A stretch of DNA of 64,000 nt from Bacteroidia bacterium (GCA_040403535.1 JBBAKL010000003.1:35248-99247), one strand, 5' to 3'. Counted from the first letter of the stretch, positions 9,212 to 18,839 are shown. Program-made: numbers and translations. Notes: generated by a model not told the origin, from the letters alone.

Positions 9212-9888
9212 GCTGTTGCAGGATTTAATTTTTGTTCTCCGGAAACACCTTTATACATCACATACAAAGATGCTGCCATAAATAGATGACTAATATCTAA
9301 ATGATTGAGCCAATTAGAAAAAGCTAGTTTGGAAATATGACAAATAACGGCAGCAATAGCTAAAGCCACACCGTAAATCATATTTTTACTAAGTTGTGAT
9401 CGGGTTCTGTAATAATTAATCGCTTCTAATACAGTAACCATTAATACTAACCCGAAAGCGGAATGAAGTTCAATCACAACAAAAGATTTGAAAATAAAAA
9501 TCAACACTGCAACAGCTGTTACCTCTATTGCATTAAGAATTACCAATGCTTTAAAAGTGGATGAATTAAAAATTTCACGCGTGTTATAAATAACTGCAAA
9601 TTGAGCAAAAGCAACGCCCAAAGCACCAAACACCCAGCCGATCATTCGTGCATTAAAACCGAAATAATAAGCAAATGCATGTCCAAGAAATGCCGCAATT
9701 AATGTTGAAATTGCCGTAAATAGAAAAAATAAACGGTATAGTGAAAGTGAACGCTGATTGTCATGAGATTCCGTTTTAAAGTATGCCATGAATCCAACTA
9801 GCGCAACTAAAATATCTGTGATTGAAGTAACCGGTTCATCGATTCGAAGCCCAAGTACATCCACCGAGGGATTTTGCCAATAATTCAT
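9208..9888 (-). CDS. Uncharacterised polytopic (about 7-TM) membrane protein embedded in the hem operon
   Basis: Hydrophobic segments run throughout. The stop overlaps the hemB start by 4 nt, and the gene starts 20 nt after the hemC/D stop. His residues sit in several helices (LGHAFAYY, ELHSAF, ICHISK, ISHLF). Confidence 0.7.
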   Translation of the reverse strand: MNYWQNPSVDVLGLRIDEPVTSITDILVALVGFMAYFKTESHDNQRSLSLYRLFFLFTAISTLIAAFLGHAFAYYFGFNARMIGWVFGALGVAFAQFAVIYNTREIFNSSTFKALVILNAIEVTAVAVLIFIFKSFVVIELHSAFGLVLMVTVLEAINYYRTRSQLSKNMIYGVALAIAAVICHISKLAFSNWLNHLDISHLFMAASLYVMYKGVSGEQKLNPATA

Positions 9889-9907
9889 GTCTTAAAAATG
9901 CGAAATA

Positions 9908-11488
9908 TTACTTAAAGTGCAAAACTGCTCGGTAAAGGCCTAAATCGTCAAATGAAGTTGTGGTAACGATTGCATTTTCCTTAACTCCTTTTTTAAGAAG
10001 CGCATTTTTTGTGGCTTCTCCCATGGCTACTGCTTTTTGGTTACTATTCAGCTTATTTTTTTCAAAATAGGCGTCTACGTTACTAGGACTGGTAAAGATA
10101 ATAATGTTAAAACTTTCGTCTACCTCAACACTGTGCTTGATTGTGGTGTAAACCGGAATATTGATTGCATTATCTTTTTTAGGAAATTGACTTTGTATGC
10201 TTAAAAGACTGTCTTTTGCAACAGGAAACAGAACTTTTGCGCTACCAACTAAAGAGGCAAATTGCTTTCCAATTAGTTTGGTGTCGGTACTCTGGCCAAT
10301 AAAATCGGCACGAAAACCAAACTTACGTAATTCTTCAGATGTGCCTTTACCAACACAACCAATTTTAACCTTACCAATTGCAGGTTTTTGATTAAAAAAA
10401 TATTTTACAGCATGCTTACTGCTAAAAAACAACCAATCGGTTGTAGGTATTTCTTTTATTTGGATTTGCTTAAATTCAATTAAGCTTTTTGCTTCCAACC
10501 GGAAATTAATTCCTTTTAAACTCCTGCTTAAAAAATCTTTATCCTGTACGTTACGTGTAATAAAAACTTTTTTAGGGGTTAATGCATTAATGTGTTCTAC
10601 GATGCGCTCAGAAAAACCATCGGTATGATAGGTTTCAAAATACAAATGCTTTGGTGTAGAATTCCAGGATGAGGCGATACTAACCCATGTTTTAAATCTG
10701 TTACGGTCTTCATCGTCTTTTTCGGTTTCGCAATATACACCCAATGGGAGTTGACAACCTCCATCAAATAAATTTAAAACCTTACGTTCAATATTAATCC
10801 GAATTAAAACATCCAAATCATTTAATTTATCCAGTATGTCTAGTAAGGCAGAATTATTGTCTTTTATTTGCCATGCCAAAACTCCTTGAGCGGGTGCGGG
10901 TATAAATTCAGTTGGATTTAATCGCTCAACATGAAATTCATCTAAATTAATTCCTAATCGTTCTACACCGGCAGCAGCTAATAAAATGGCATCATACTGC
11001 TTGTCGGCCAGTTTTTTTATTCGTGTAGGAACGTTTCCTCGTAAATCTTTAATTTCAACATCCGGTCTAAATGCCAACAACTGTGATTTTCGTCTGGCGG
11101 AAGATGTACCGACAAGAGCATTTTCTTTTAGTGAAAATTTTTTGTTGGTATCGGCTGATTCTTTTCTGATTAATAAAAGTTCAGAAGGGTCTTCTCGGTG
11201 CGAAACTGCGGCAATAATTAATCCATCCGGATACGTTGTAGGAAGATCTTTGTGTGAGTGCACGGCCAGGTCAATCGTCCCTGCCAACAATTCCTCTTCC
11301 AACTCTTTTGTGAAAAAACCTTTTCCTTCCAGCTTATCAAAGCTGGTATTCCATTGTTGTGTGCGATCGCCGGAAGTACTGATGATTTTCAGTTCAACCT
11401 CACAACCTAATTTTTCCAGTAAATCTTTTGTGTAATTGGCCTGCCAAAGCGCTAATTCGCTGCCGCGTGTGCCGATGATGATTTTCAT
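9908..11488 (-). CDS. hemC: Bifunctional hydroxymethylbilane synthase (HemC) / uroporphyrinogen-III synthase (HemD) fusion
   Basis: The N-terminal ~300 aa carry IIGTRGSELALWQA and the cofactor Cys context DGGCQLPLG. The C-terminal ~220 aa (KKVFITRN...IIIFTSPSNVDAYF) are HemD-like. Confidence 0.9.
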   Translation of the reverse strand: MKIIIGTRGSELALWQANYTKDLLEKLGCEVELKIISTSGDRTQQWNTSFDKLEGKGFFTKELEEELLAGTIDLAVHSHKDLPTTYPDGLIIAAVSHREDPSELLLIRKESADTNKKFSLKENALVGTSSARRKSQLLAFRPDVEIKDLRGNVPTRIKKLADKQYDAILLAAAGVERLGINLDEFHVERLNPTEFIPAPAQGVLAWQIKDNNSALLDILDKLNDLDVLIRINIERKVLNLFDGGCQLPLGVYCETEKDDEDRNRFKTWVSIASSWNSTPKHLYFETYHTDGFSERIVEHINALTPKKVFITRNVQDKDFLSRSLKGINFRLEAKSLIEFKQIQIKEIPTTDWLFFSSKHAVKYFFNQKPAIGKVKIGCVGKGTSEELRKFGFRADFIGQSTDTKLIGKQFASLVGSAKVLFPVAKDSLLSIQSQFPKKDNAINIPVYTTIKHSVEVDESFNIIIFTSPSNVDAYFEKNKLNSNQKAVAMGEATKNALLKKGVKENAIVTTTSFDDLGLYRAVLHFK

Positions 11489-11489
11489 T

Positions 11490-12716
11490 CTAATCTTTAC
11501 TCAACAAAACCTCTTTTGCCGTGCGCATTGCTACAGCATTGTATTTTTTCTCCACATAGTTTAGTACTTTATCCAGTACTTCTTTGCTTTTATCGTCCAA
11601 GGAATTGATTTCTTTAGAAAAAACTTCATTCATTGCTAATTCCTTTATGGCTTTCACTTGTTTTGGTATTTCACCAAAGGCGAGTTCTATTTTACGTTCA
11701 TGATAAATAGAAATAAACTCATCCAATTTATTTTTAATGATACCGCGGCACTTATTGATTTCATTCTTTCTAAGCTCTAAATTAAGTTCTGCCTGATGCT
11801 TTAAAGAATTTATATCGATATAATGAATGTTGTTTGATTCAAGCACTGCTTTATCAACGTCGGCAGGAAGAGCCAAATCAATAATTACTTTTTTTGAATT
11901 ATCACCAGCTTTTAATGTTTGGTAATTGTTTGACGTAATGATCGGCTCAGTAGATCCGGTGCATGTAATAAGCACATCAAATCCATTATTGTAATTATTT
12001 AAATCGGCTAAAGTAAAAGCTGTAGCGTTAAGTTTTTCAGCTAATTTCTCAGCGTTTGTAAGCGTACGATTAAAAACAGTGAAATTGGCGTATTTATGTT
12101 TTTGTAGGTAGTTGGCCATGTTGGTGTTTGTTTCACCTGACCCCACCATTATAATTCTGGCTTCATTTTTTATGCCTAAATCGCGCAATTGACGGTATGC
12201 TAGAGAAACAACAGAAACCGGATTTTTTGCAATATCCGTGTTTGTGAAAACATCCTTAGCTGTTTCAATAGTTTGCTTCACCAGCAAGCGAATAAAATCG
12301 CCGGTAAGGTTTAGCAGATTACAAAACTCATATGCCTTACGAACCTGAGTAATAATTTCACGCTCACCCACTACTAATGATTTTAAAGAGGATGCTAATT
12401 CGAAAACGTGATTAATTGCTTCGTCTCCTTCAAAAAGTTCTGCCGATTCAGAAAATAATTTCAAATCGTTTGATGAAAGTTGCGGATATACAAAATTCAA
12501 TATGTTCTTTAAGGTAGTTGAATCCAGTAAGGTATTGGTGCATACGAAAAATTCAATCCGATTACAGGTGCTTAGATGCAAAAGTTCATTGATTTCGAAC
12601 TTGACTTTTAATTCGACCAAGAAACGGCTTTGAGCATCTTCGTTAAGATGAAGCAGTGCCAATTTTTCTAAAGGAAAATTGCGATAATTAAAAGATATGA
12701 CTTTAAAGCTTTTCAA
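11490..12716 (-). CDS. hemA: Glutamyl-tRNA reductase
   Basis: Catalytic motif LSTCNRIEFF and NADPH-binding motif IMVGSGETN. The start codon is TTG (plus-strand caa at 12714-12716), with no in-frame ATG upstream before a stop. Confidence 0.9.
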   Translation of the reverse strand: MKSFKVISFNYRNFPLEKLALLHLNEDAQSRFLVELKVKFEINELLHLSTCNRIEFFVCTNTLLDSTTLKNILNFVYPQLSSNDLKLFSESAELFEGDEAINHVFELASSLKSLVVGEREIITQVRKAYEFCNLLNLTGDFIRLLVKQTIETAKDVFTNTDIAKNPVSVVSLAYRQLRDLGIKNEARIIMVGSGETNTNMANYLQKHKYANFTVFNRTLTNAEKLAEKLNATAFTLADLNNYNNGFDVLITCTGSTEPIITSNNYQTLKAGDNSKKVIIDLALPADVDKAVLESNNIHYIDINSLKHQAELNLELRKNEINKCRGIIKNKLDEFISIYHERKIELAFGEIPKQVKAIKELAMNEVFSKEINSLDDKSKEVLDKVLNYVEKKYNAVAMRTAKEVLLSKD

Positions 12717-12719
12717 GCT

Positions 12720-12743
12720 GGTGCAAAGGTCGCCAATTGCACC
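12720..12743 (-). promoter_or_regulatory. 7-bp stem hairpin 3 nt upstream of the hemA TTG start (possible translational control element)
   Basis: ggtgcaa-aggtcgccaa-ttgcacc. On the mRNA strand the hairpin is followed by AGC then TTG. Confidence 0.3.
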
Positions 12744-12849
12744 ATTTTTATTGTCATAAAAATGTCATTAACTCTTATTTATAATTATTATAAGATATTA
12801 ATCATGCCGTGGTGATAAAAACATGATTTTTGGCAGGATTTGGAGACGT

Positions 12850-13848
12850 TTATGCTTTATTTCCGTCGTATGCCCATTTTACCCAGATGGAGCCCCAGGT
12901 AAATCCGCCACCAAAAGCTGAGATAATAAGATTATCTCCCTTTTTCAGTTTCTTTTCATAGTCCCACAATAAAAGCGGAATCGTGCCGGCCGTTGTATTA
13001 CCATAACGCTCAATATTCATCATAATTTTATCTTCATTTAATCCGATGCGCGAAGCAGTAGCATCTACGATGCGCTTGTTCGCCTGGTGTGGGACCAACC
13101 ACTGAACGTCGTTGGCTGTCAAATTATTTCTTTCTAAAATATCAGCACTAACATCTGCCATACCTTTTACAGCGAATTTAAAAACTGCCTGACCTTCCTG
13201 ATAAACATAGTGCTGACGTTTATCAACCGTTTCGTGACTTGCCGGTAAAACAGAACCACCTGCATGCATGCATAGATAATTCCGTCCTGCACCGTCAGCT
13301 TTTAAAATAAAATCCTGAACGCCCAATCCTTCGTTATTCGGTTCCAACAATACAGCACCTGCTCCGTCACCAAAAATTATACAAGTAGCACGGTCGGTAT
13401 AGTCAATTATTGACGACATTTTATCGCCTCCAATAACTAGTATTTTTTTATAACGGCCAGTTTCAATAAACTGAGAGCCGGTGGCTAAGGCGTAAATAAA
13501 GCCTGAACACGCAGCTGATAAATCAAATCCCCATGCGTTTTTCGCGCCTAAAATATCGCAAACAACATTGGAAGTAGAAGGAAAAGTATAATCACCTGTA
13601 ATGGTTCCGATGATTACCATGTCTAATTCTTCAGCTGAAATTCCTCTTTTTCTAAGTACTTCGCGGGCAGCACCAACACACATTTCAGAAAGACCACGCC
13701 CTTCACCTTTTAGAATTCTTCTTTCCTTGATACCGGTACGCGTGGTAATCCATTCGTCGTTGGTTTCTACCATTGTAGAAAGCTCTTCGTTTGTTAAAAC
13801 GTATTCTGGCACGTAACCGCCAACGGCTGTAATTGCTGCTTTAATCAT
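12850..13848 (-). CDS. fabH: 3-oxoacyl-ACP synthase III
   Basis: Catalytic Cys context AACSGFIYAL, plus VPHQANKRI and YGNTTAGTIP. Confidence 0.95.
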   Translation of the reverse strand: MIKAAITAVGGYVPEYVLTNEELSTMVETNDEWITTRTGIKERRILKGEGRGLSEMCVGAAREVLRKRGISAEELDMVIIGTITGDYTFPSTSNVVCDILGAKNAWGFDLSAACSGFIYALATGSQFIETGRYKKILVIGGDKMSSIIDYTDRATCIIFGDGAGAVLLEPNNEGLGVQDFILKADGAGRNYLCMHAGGSVLPASHETVDKRQHYVYQEGQAVFKFAVKGMADVSADILERNNLTANDVQWLVPHQANKRIVDATASRIGLNEDKIMMNIERYGNTTAGTIPLLLWDYEKKLKKGDNLIISAFGGGFTWGSIWVKWAYDGNKA

Positions 13849-14786
13849 TACTGAAATGCTTGTTTTATTTTTTCACTTAAATTGGCATTAACAATATCTT
13901 TTGCCAATAAAAGCATGTTTTTAAATGCAGTTGGACTGGAAATTCCGTGTGCAATTAGTACGTTTGAATTAATTCCTAAGATTGGAGTTCCGCCGTAAAT
14001 TTCATAATTAAATTTATCGAAATACTCGTCTTTCACTTTACGTTTACGCATCATGGTGTAAAATGCCTCACAGGTTTTTAGTACAACATTTCCGGTGAAA
14101 CCTTCACAAACGATTACGTCTGCCTTATCATTAAACAGATCTCGTCCTTCAACATTTCCAACAAAGTGGAAATCTTTAGAGTCTTTCATTAAATTATAGG
14201 CGGCTTGTGAAACTAAATTTCCCTTTTCAGGTTCCTCTCCAATATTCAATAAAGCTACTTTTGGCTTTTCAATTTTGTAAACTTCTTTCGCTAAAATTGA
14301 ACCTAAAATCCCAAATTGATATAATACATCAGGCTTGCAATCGGCATTAGTACCCACATCAAGAATTAAACCCCACCCGCCATTTTCTTTTGGTAAAGGA
14401 TTAGCGATACTAGGTCGTATTACTCCGGGAACAGCTTTTACTGAAAACATGGAGCCTACTAACATGGCGCCAGTATTTCCGGCGCTGGAAAAAGATTGAA
14501 TTTTTTCTTCTTTTAATAATTTAAAGCCGATGGCAATGCTGCTGTTTGGTTTTTGAGCCAGCGCCTTTGTGGGATGCGCTCCCATTTCAAGAACTTCGGT
14601 TGTATGCACAAATTCGAAACGGGACAAATCCGCACCTTGTTCTGTTAGATAAGGGCGCGCCTGGTTTTCGTCACCAATAAGCACAATAATTGCATCTGAA
14701 GGAAGTTCTTTAGAAGCAAGAATAGCGCCATCTAAACAATTTTTGGGAGCATAATCGCCACCCATAATATCTAAACCAATTTTCAT
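13848..14786 (-). CDS. plsX: Phosphate acyltransferase PlsX
   Basis: N-terminus KIGLDIMGGDYAP, ~312 aa, conserved rpmF-plsX-fabH synteny. Confidence 0.95.
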   Translation of the reverse strand: MKIGLDIMGGDYAPKNCLDGAILASKELPSDAIIVLIGDENQARPYLTEQGADLSRFEFVHTTEVLEMGAHPTKALAQKPNSSIAIGFKLLKEEKIQSFSSAGNTGAMLVGSMFSVKAVPGVIRPSIANPLPKENGGWGLILDVGTNADCKPDVLYQFGILGSILAKEVYKIEKPKVALLNIGEEPEKGNLVSQAAYNLMKDSKDFHFVGNVEGRDLFNDKADVIVCEGFTGNVVLKTCEAFYTMMRKRKVKDEYFDKFNYEIYGGTPILGINSNVLIAHGISSPTAFKNMLLLAKDIVNANLSEKIKQAFQ

Positions 14787-14914
14787 AAATAAAATAAGTT
14801 CTTAGAGAGGCTAAAAAAACAAATTTAGGAGTAATAATACAACAATTAGTCCTTAAAGTTATTAAAAGCCTGTTTAAAAAAACTTTAATGGCAATTTTGG
14901 AGGGATAATTAACT

Positions 14915-14945
14915 AAAAAAGCCCTGAAGATTCAGGGCTTTTTTA
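14915..14945 (-). terminator. Intrinsic terminator after rpmF (symmetrical, A-tract and T-tract on both sides)
   Basis: aaaaaagccctgaagattcagggctttttt, a 9-bp GC-rich stem. Confidence 0.6.
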
Positions 14946-14966
14946 AATAGTACGAAAAGGAAAGGG

Positions 14967-15155
14967 TTAAGCGTTAGCTTTTTCCATTACAACTTTTCCT
15001 TTGTAATATAATTTACCTTCAAACCAGTGTGCACGGTGGAATAAATGTGCTTCGCCGGTTGTTGTATCTTTTGCAATAGTCATATTCGGTGCTTTGTATG
15101 TAGCACGACGTGAATCTCTACGAGAGCGCGATAATTTTCGTTTAGGATTTGGCAT
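14967..15155 (-). CDS. rpmF: 50S ribosomal protein L32
   Basis: [18 protein letters not shown]-terminus, 62 aa. Confidence 0.95.
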   Translation of the reverse strand: MPNPKRKLSRSRRDSRRATYKAPNMTIAKDTTTGEAHLFHRAHWFEGKLYYKGKVVMEKANA

Positions 15156-15166
15156 GATTTCTTATT

Positions 15167-15694
15167 TTAATTCTTGTTAAACTTTATTTTACTTAATTTT
15201 TCCCATACAGGGTTTGGTTCACTTTGCTGAACCGAGCTTTCTTCTAACTTTAACCGTGTCTCTTCATCACATTCCACTTCATCATCAATTTCACATGGTA
15301 CGCGACGACCGGGTAAAGCCAGCATAATATATTCATACAAATAATGTGATACATCGGCCTGCGCATCTCCTTCATTAATTACCAAAATCTGATCATTACT
15401 TTCATCGGGATCACCAAACTTTAATACTAATTCGTCTTGTGCCTCGATTGGAAAATCATAATCAATTAAGCATCTGTCGCAACTTAAATTAACTGTTCCG
15501 TTAATTTCAAAATGTAATTGCATTAAATGATTTTGCTTTAATAAAGTGAGATTTACATGAAGATCTGCCTTCTGTATTTCACTATCTGCAAATTGTTCAA
15601 AGAACTTTCCATCAATTTCGAACTCGAACTCGTGAGTTCCAACGGGCAGTCCTGCAAACTTAATTATGTACTGCTTTTTGCCCATTTGGTTCAA
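15167..15694 (-). CDS. yceD: YceD/DUF177 family protein
   Basis: Sits immediately upstream of rpmF. Has an acidic C-terminal half with Cys pairs (CDRC...CEIDDEVEC), ~175 aa. Confidence 0.8.
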   Translation of the reverse strand: MNQMGKKQYIIKFAGLPVGTHEFEFEIDGKFFEQFADSEIQKADLHVNLTLLKQNHLMQLHFEINGTVNLSCDRCLIDYDFPIEAQDELVLKFGDPDESNDQILVINEGDAQADVSHYLYEYIMLALPGRRVPCEIDDEVECDEETRLKLEESSVQQSEPNPVWEKLSKIKFNKN

Positions 15695-15740
15695 AAAAGG
15701 GATGCAAATGTAATAATAATAAGGAATTTAGCAAAATAAA

Positions 15741-16097
15741 TTACAATAATTCCAGCTCTGCTTTTAGCTTCGCCGAAAGTCCTTTTACAACCATTTGGTA
15801 ACTGTGATCAATCCATTCTTTTATCAAACGATCCGGCAAAGAATCATTGCAAGTTATTGTATTCCAGTGCCTTTTACTCATATGATATCCAGGCTTTACG
15901 TTACTATACTTTTCACGTAAAGTAACAGCAAGATCGGGTTCGCATTTTGCATTAAATTCCAGCGGCTTTGAATTAATGTCAGAAAGCAAAAATATTTTAC
16001 CCATTACTTTAAACACCAAGGTTTGCTCGTCAAAAGGAAAACACTCTTCCGATCCTTTTTTAGAAAGGCAATAATTCCTTAATTCCTCAATGTTCAT
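15741..16097 (-). CDS. MmcQ/YjbR family DNA-binding protein
   Basis: MNIEELRNYCLSKKGSEECFPFDEQTLVFKVMGKIF... HWNT, 118 aa, typical YjbR pattern. Confidence 0.75.
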   Translation of the reverse strand: MNIEELRNYCLSKKGSEECFPFDEQTLVFKVMGKIFLLSDINSKPLEFNAKCEPDLAVTLREKYSNVKPGYHMSKRHWNTITCNDSLPDRLIKEWIDHSYQMVVKGLSAKLKAELELL

Positions 16098-16100
16098 GAT

Positions 16101-18557
16101 TTAACGAATAAGATTGATGTGTCCGGTATAATGGTAGGCTTTTCCAAAGTAATCCATTGCCTGCGCTTTATAAATATAAACATCGTCTTTTACTGCCGAT
16201 CCTTTATACATACCATTCCATCCTTTATACAGATCATCCGTACTAAATAACTTTTCGCCCCACCGATCGTAAATTTGCATCGTAAATTCTTTTACTAAAG
16301 TTCCTACTGCAAAATAAACATCATTTATACCGTCGGTATTAGGCGTAAACGTGTTAGGAAAATACAAGGTCATAAAATCCTTTATGAAAAAATCATATTT
16401 CATATTGATTTTACAGCCATTATCACTCACGAGGAAGTAATTTACATAATACCACCCGAATTCCGACAAATTCAATACATTAATTGTGTCGCGCAACATA
16501 ACGCCATTGCTAAGTCCTGCAAAATCCAGATTCCACAAACTAGTCGGATGTAAAATAATCTGAAAATTTTCATTCACACTCGGATCACGTGGATTTATTT
16601 CAAAAGAACCATTAAATGGATCAACGCTATTGGAAATAATAAACGCAGCCGTATTTCTGCAGCCAACAGCATCCTCCACTGTTACATTATAATTACCCTG
16701 GCCTAAGGCAGTAGCGGTTGGGGTAGTTTGGCCATTGCTCCAAGTGTAACTAATTGGAGCAATTCCTCCCAATACTGTAACCGTTGCGCTTCCTTTTTTT
16801 TGATAACATTTGTCGTTTTCTTGCTCTTGTGTAAGAGGTAAATAAGTATAATTAACCACTGAATAAATTTTTGATGCCGGACAATTATCCTTATCGCGAA
16901 TTCCTACTGTATAAGTACCAGGACTTAACGACGTTACCGACGAAGTTGATTGTCCGCCTGACCAGGTATATGTGTAAGGGGCTGTTCCACCGTTTAATGA
17001 GTTTATATAAATTGCGCCATTTGCCTGACTGCAGGTAGCATTTACTATACTGTCCTGAAACGTTATCAACGGAGTATAATTACCAACAGTTAAGCTGGAT
17101 GTTTTAATACAGCCGTCGCCGTCCGTTACTGTAACGTAATAATTACCGGGATTTAAACCTCCTACTGTAGGTGTTGTTTGAGCGGGAGTGGTGCTCCAAA
17201 CTAAATTATAAGGCGAAACTCCTCCTGTTACATTAGCATTGGCAGTACCTGTGGCATTATTGCACAATGCGCTAGTTGTAGTTGGAGACAGAGCTAAATT
17301 TGTAGTAGCGAATATATTCACTGTGTCTTTTTTCATACACCCACTAGCATCGGTAATGGTACAAACATATATTCCAAGTGATAATCCGGTTGCCGTTTGA
17401 GAAAACTGAGCAGGAACCGTATTCCAAGAATAATTATAAGGCGCGTTGCCTCCTGAGGTATTAACTGTAACTGCCCCGTTTTGATCTTGAGGACACTTAA
17501 TATTGGTAATTGTATTTGTAAAGGTAAATCCGGGATTCTTTGGTACCTGAACATAAACAGTTTTGGTATATGGACAAGGACTATTAAACGTAATTTGGCA
17601 ATTATAATTTCCCGGCGCAAGATTTGTTGCCGTTGCGGAAGTTTGTCCACCCGGACTCCATAAATAAGTTGCAGTTCCGGTATAATTTCCGATTGATGCC
17701 GTAGCGGAACCATTGTTTAAATCGCATAAGGACGCAACAGTAGAAGTGGCTAAATTAGGGATTTGCGCATTGGCACAACTGATTCCTTTATATTCTAAAA
17801 ATACACCGGAATCGTACTCACAATCTCCGGCATCAGCTATTGCCAGTTTTAAATGATAGGTTTGGCAGGGCTGAACATTTACAGATGCAGTAAGCGGAGT
17901 AGTAAAACCATCATATTGCGCTGAACTACCGTTTGAATTATTAACATAATAAGCGCAATTTACACAAGGTCCGTTATTAAATTTTCCGTTATTAACGTTA
18001 TTGATAGCAACAGGGGTTCCGCCGGGTAAACGGGCAATGTTGAAGCCATTATAGGAACCTCCTAGCGGGTTTGCACCCCATATAAAAAAGCCAAATGCAT
18101 CATTAAATTGGCTGCCTACAAACTCAGGGTATTCTTCAGAAGCGAACACATATCTAATTTGTAGCGTATTACAAATAGGTTTAATGTCGAATTCCAGAAC
18201 ACAACCGTCGTAAGTAGCCTTAGGCTCAATACTGTTTAATTGCGGGTCGGAGAATGACGAATTTTTATTAAAACAGTCGCCTTTATCTGGATCGTTATTT
18301 GCCCCAGAGGCATTAGTTGCCTTACCGGTTGTCAGCAATACACCGCTAGTTAATCCGATACTAGAATTATTAGAAACAAACAACCCGGATGCGCTAGAGT
18401 TGCAATTTAAAACCGCGTTAGTAATGGTAACGTTGTTTCCCACAATTTGATTTACCAAGGCGGAGGCATTGCTGTTTGGTGCCACCAACAGTTGAGCCAA
18501 CAAAACATCATGTGTTGCTAGAATACAAATAAAAATATATAATGCTCTAATTTTCAA
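16101..18557 (-). CDS. Secreted choice-of-anchor-L domain / SprB-repeat protein with a T9SS type-B (gliding motility-associated) C-terminal sorting domain
   Basis: TTG start followed by signal peptide KIRALYIFICILATHDVLLAQ. The N-terminal domain carries YVFASEEYPEFVGSQFNDAFGFFIWG. Five repeats follow the pattern C..(N/K)G.A......GG..PY.Y.WS. The C-terminus is FPNTFTPNTDGINDVYF...IYDRWGEKLF...GWNG...DDVYIYK...GHINLIR. Confidence 0.9.
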   Translation of the reverse strand: MKIRALYIFICILATHDVLLAQLLVAPNSNASALVNQIVGNNVTITNAVLNCNSSASGLFVSNNSSIGLTSGVLLTTGKATNASGANNDPDKGDCFNKNSSFSDPQLNSIEPKATYDGCVLEFDIKPICNTLQIRYVFASEEYPEFVGSQFNDAFGFFIWGANPLGGSYNGFNIARLPGGTPVAINNVNNGKFNNGPCVNCAYYVNNSNGSSAQYDGFTTPLTASVNVQPCQTYHLKLAIADAGDCEYDSGVFLEYKGISCANAQIPNLATSTVASLCDLNNGSATASIGNYTGTATYLWSPGGQTSATATNLAPGNYNCQITFNSPCPYTKTVYVQVPKNPGFTFTNTITNIKCPQDQNGAVTVNTSGGNAPYNYSWNTVPAQFSQTATGLSLGIYVCTITDASGCMKKDTVNIFATTNLALSPTTTSALCNNATGTANANVTGGVSPYNLVWSTTPAQTTPTVGGLNPGNYYVTVTDGDGCIKTSSLTVGNYTPLITFQDSIVNATCSQANGAIYINSLNGGTAPYTYTWSGGQSTSSVTSLSPGTYTVGIRDKDNCPASKIYSVVNYTYLPLTQEQENDKCYQKKGSATVTVLGGIAPISYTWSNGQTTPTATALGQGNYNVTVEDAVGCRNTAAFIISNSVDPFNGSFEINPRDPSVNENFQIILHPTSLWNLDFAGLSNGVMLRDTINVLNLSEFGWYYVNYFLVSDNGCKINMKYDFFIKDFMTLYFPNTFTPNTDGINDVYFAVGTLVKEFTMQIYDRWGEKLFSTDDLYKGWNGMYKGSAVKDDVYIYKAQAMDYFGKAYHYTGHINLIR
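16637..17726 (-). repeat. Tandem SprB-type repeats (~75 aa each) within the 818-aa protein
   Basis: CDLNNGSATASIGNYTGTATYLWSPGG, CPQDQNGAVTVNTSGGNAPYNYSWN, CNNATGTANANVTGGVSPYNLVWS, CSQANGAIYINSLNGGTAPYTYTWSGG, CYQKKGSATVTVLGGIAPISYTWSNG. Confidence 0.8.
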
Positions 18558-18790
18558 TTATTAGTCAAAATTATCGCAAATTGTGCCGATATTCATGACA
18601 ATTATCTTCTTTTAACAAATTTCGTGAAAATGAAACAAATACAGGCGCCACTTACAATAAAATGCCTGCCACTTATTAAACTATTTAATATTTTAGGTAA
18701 TAATTCTATAATATGTGATGAACTAAAATCGTTAGATAATAGTTAACAAACAGATAAAGCCAAAAACTTTTAAGTTTAAAACTAATTTAC

Positions 18791-18798
18791 TAAGTTTG
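18791..18798 (+). promoter_or_regulatory. Candidate Bacteroidota sigma-A -7 box upstream of exbB
   Basis: taagtttg matches TAnnTTTG, 42 nt upstream of the ATG at 18840. Confidence 0.35.
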
Positions 18799-18839
18799 GC
18801 AATCATAAAAATAAATAATAACTAATAACACATACATCT

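Noticed and set aside
7437-13816. Antisense ORFs 7437-7622, 8865-9059, 10197-10391, 10986-11435 and 13601-13816
   Set aside because: Each is fully embedded antisense to a strongly supported conserved gene (the 309-aa ORF, hemB, hemC/D, fabH). None has a recognisable motif.
17333-17713. ORFs 17333-17713(-) and 17481-17663(+) inside the 818-aa gene
   Set aside because: They are off-frame or antisense within a gene whose main frame carries clear SprB repeats and a T9SS CTD.
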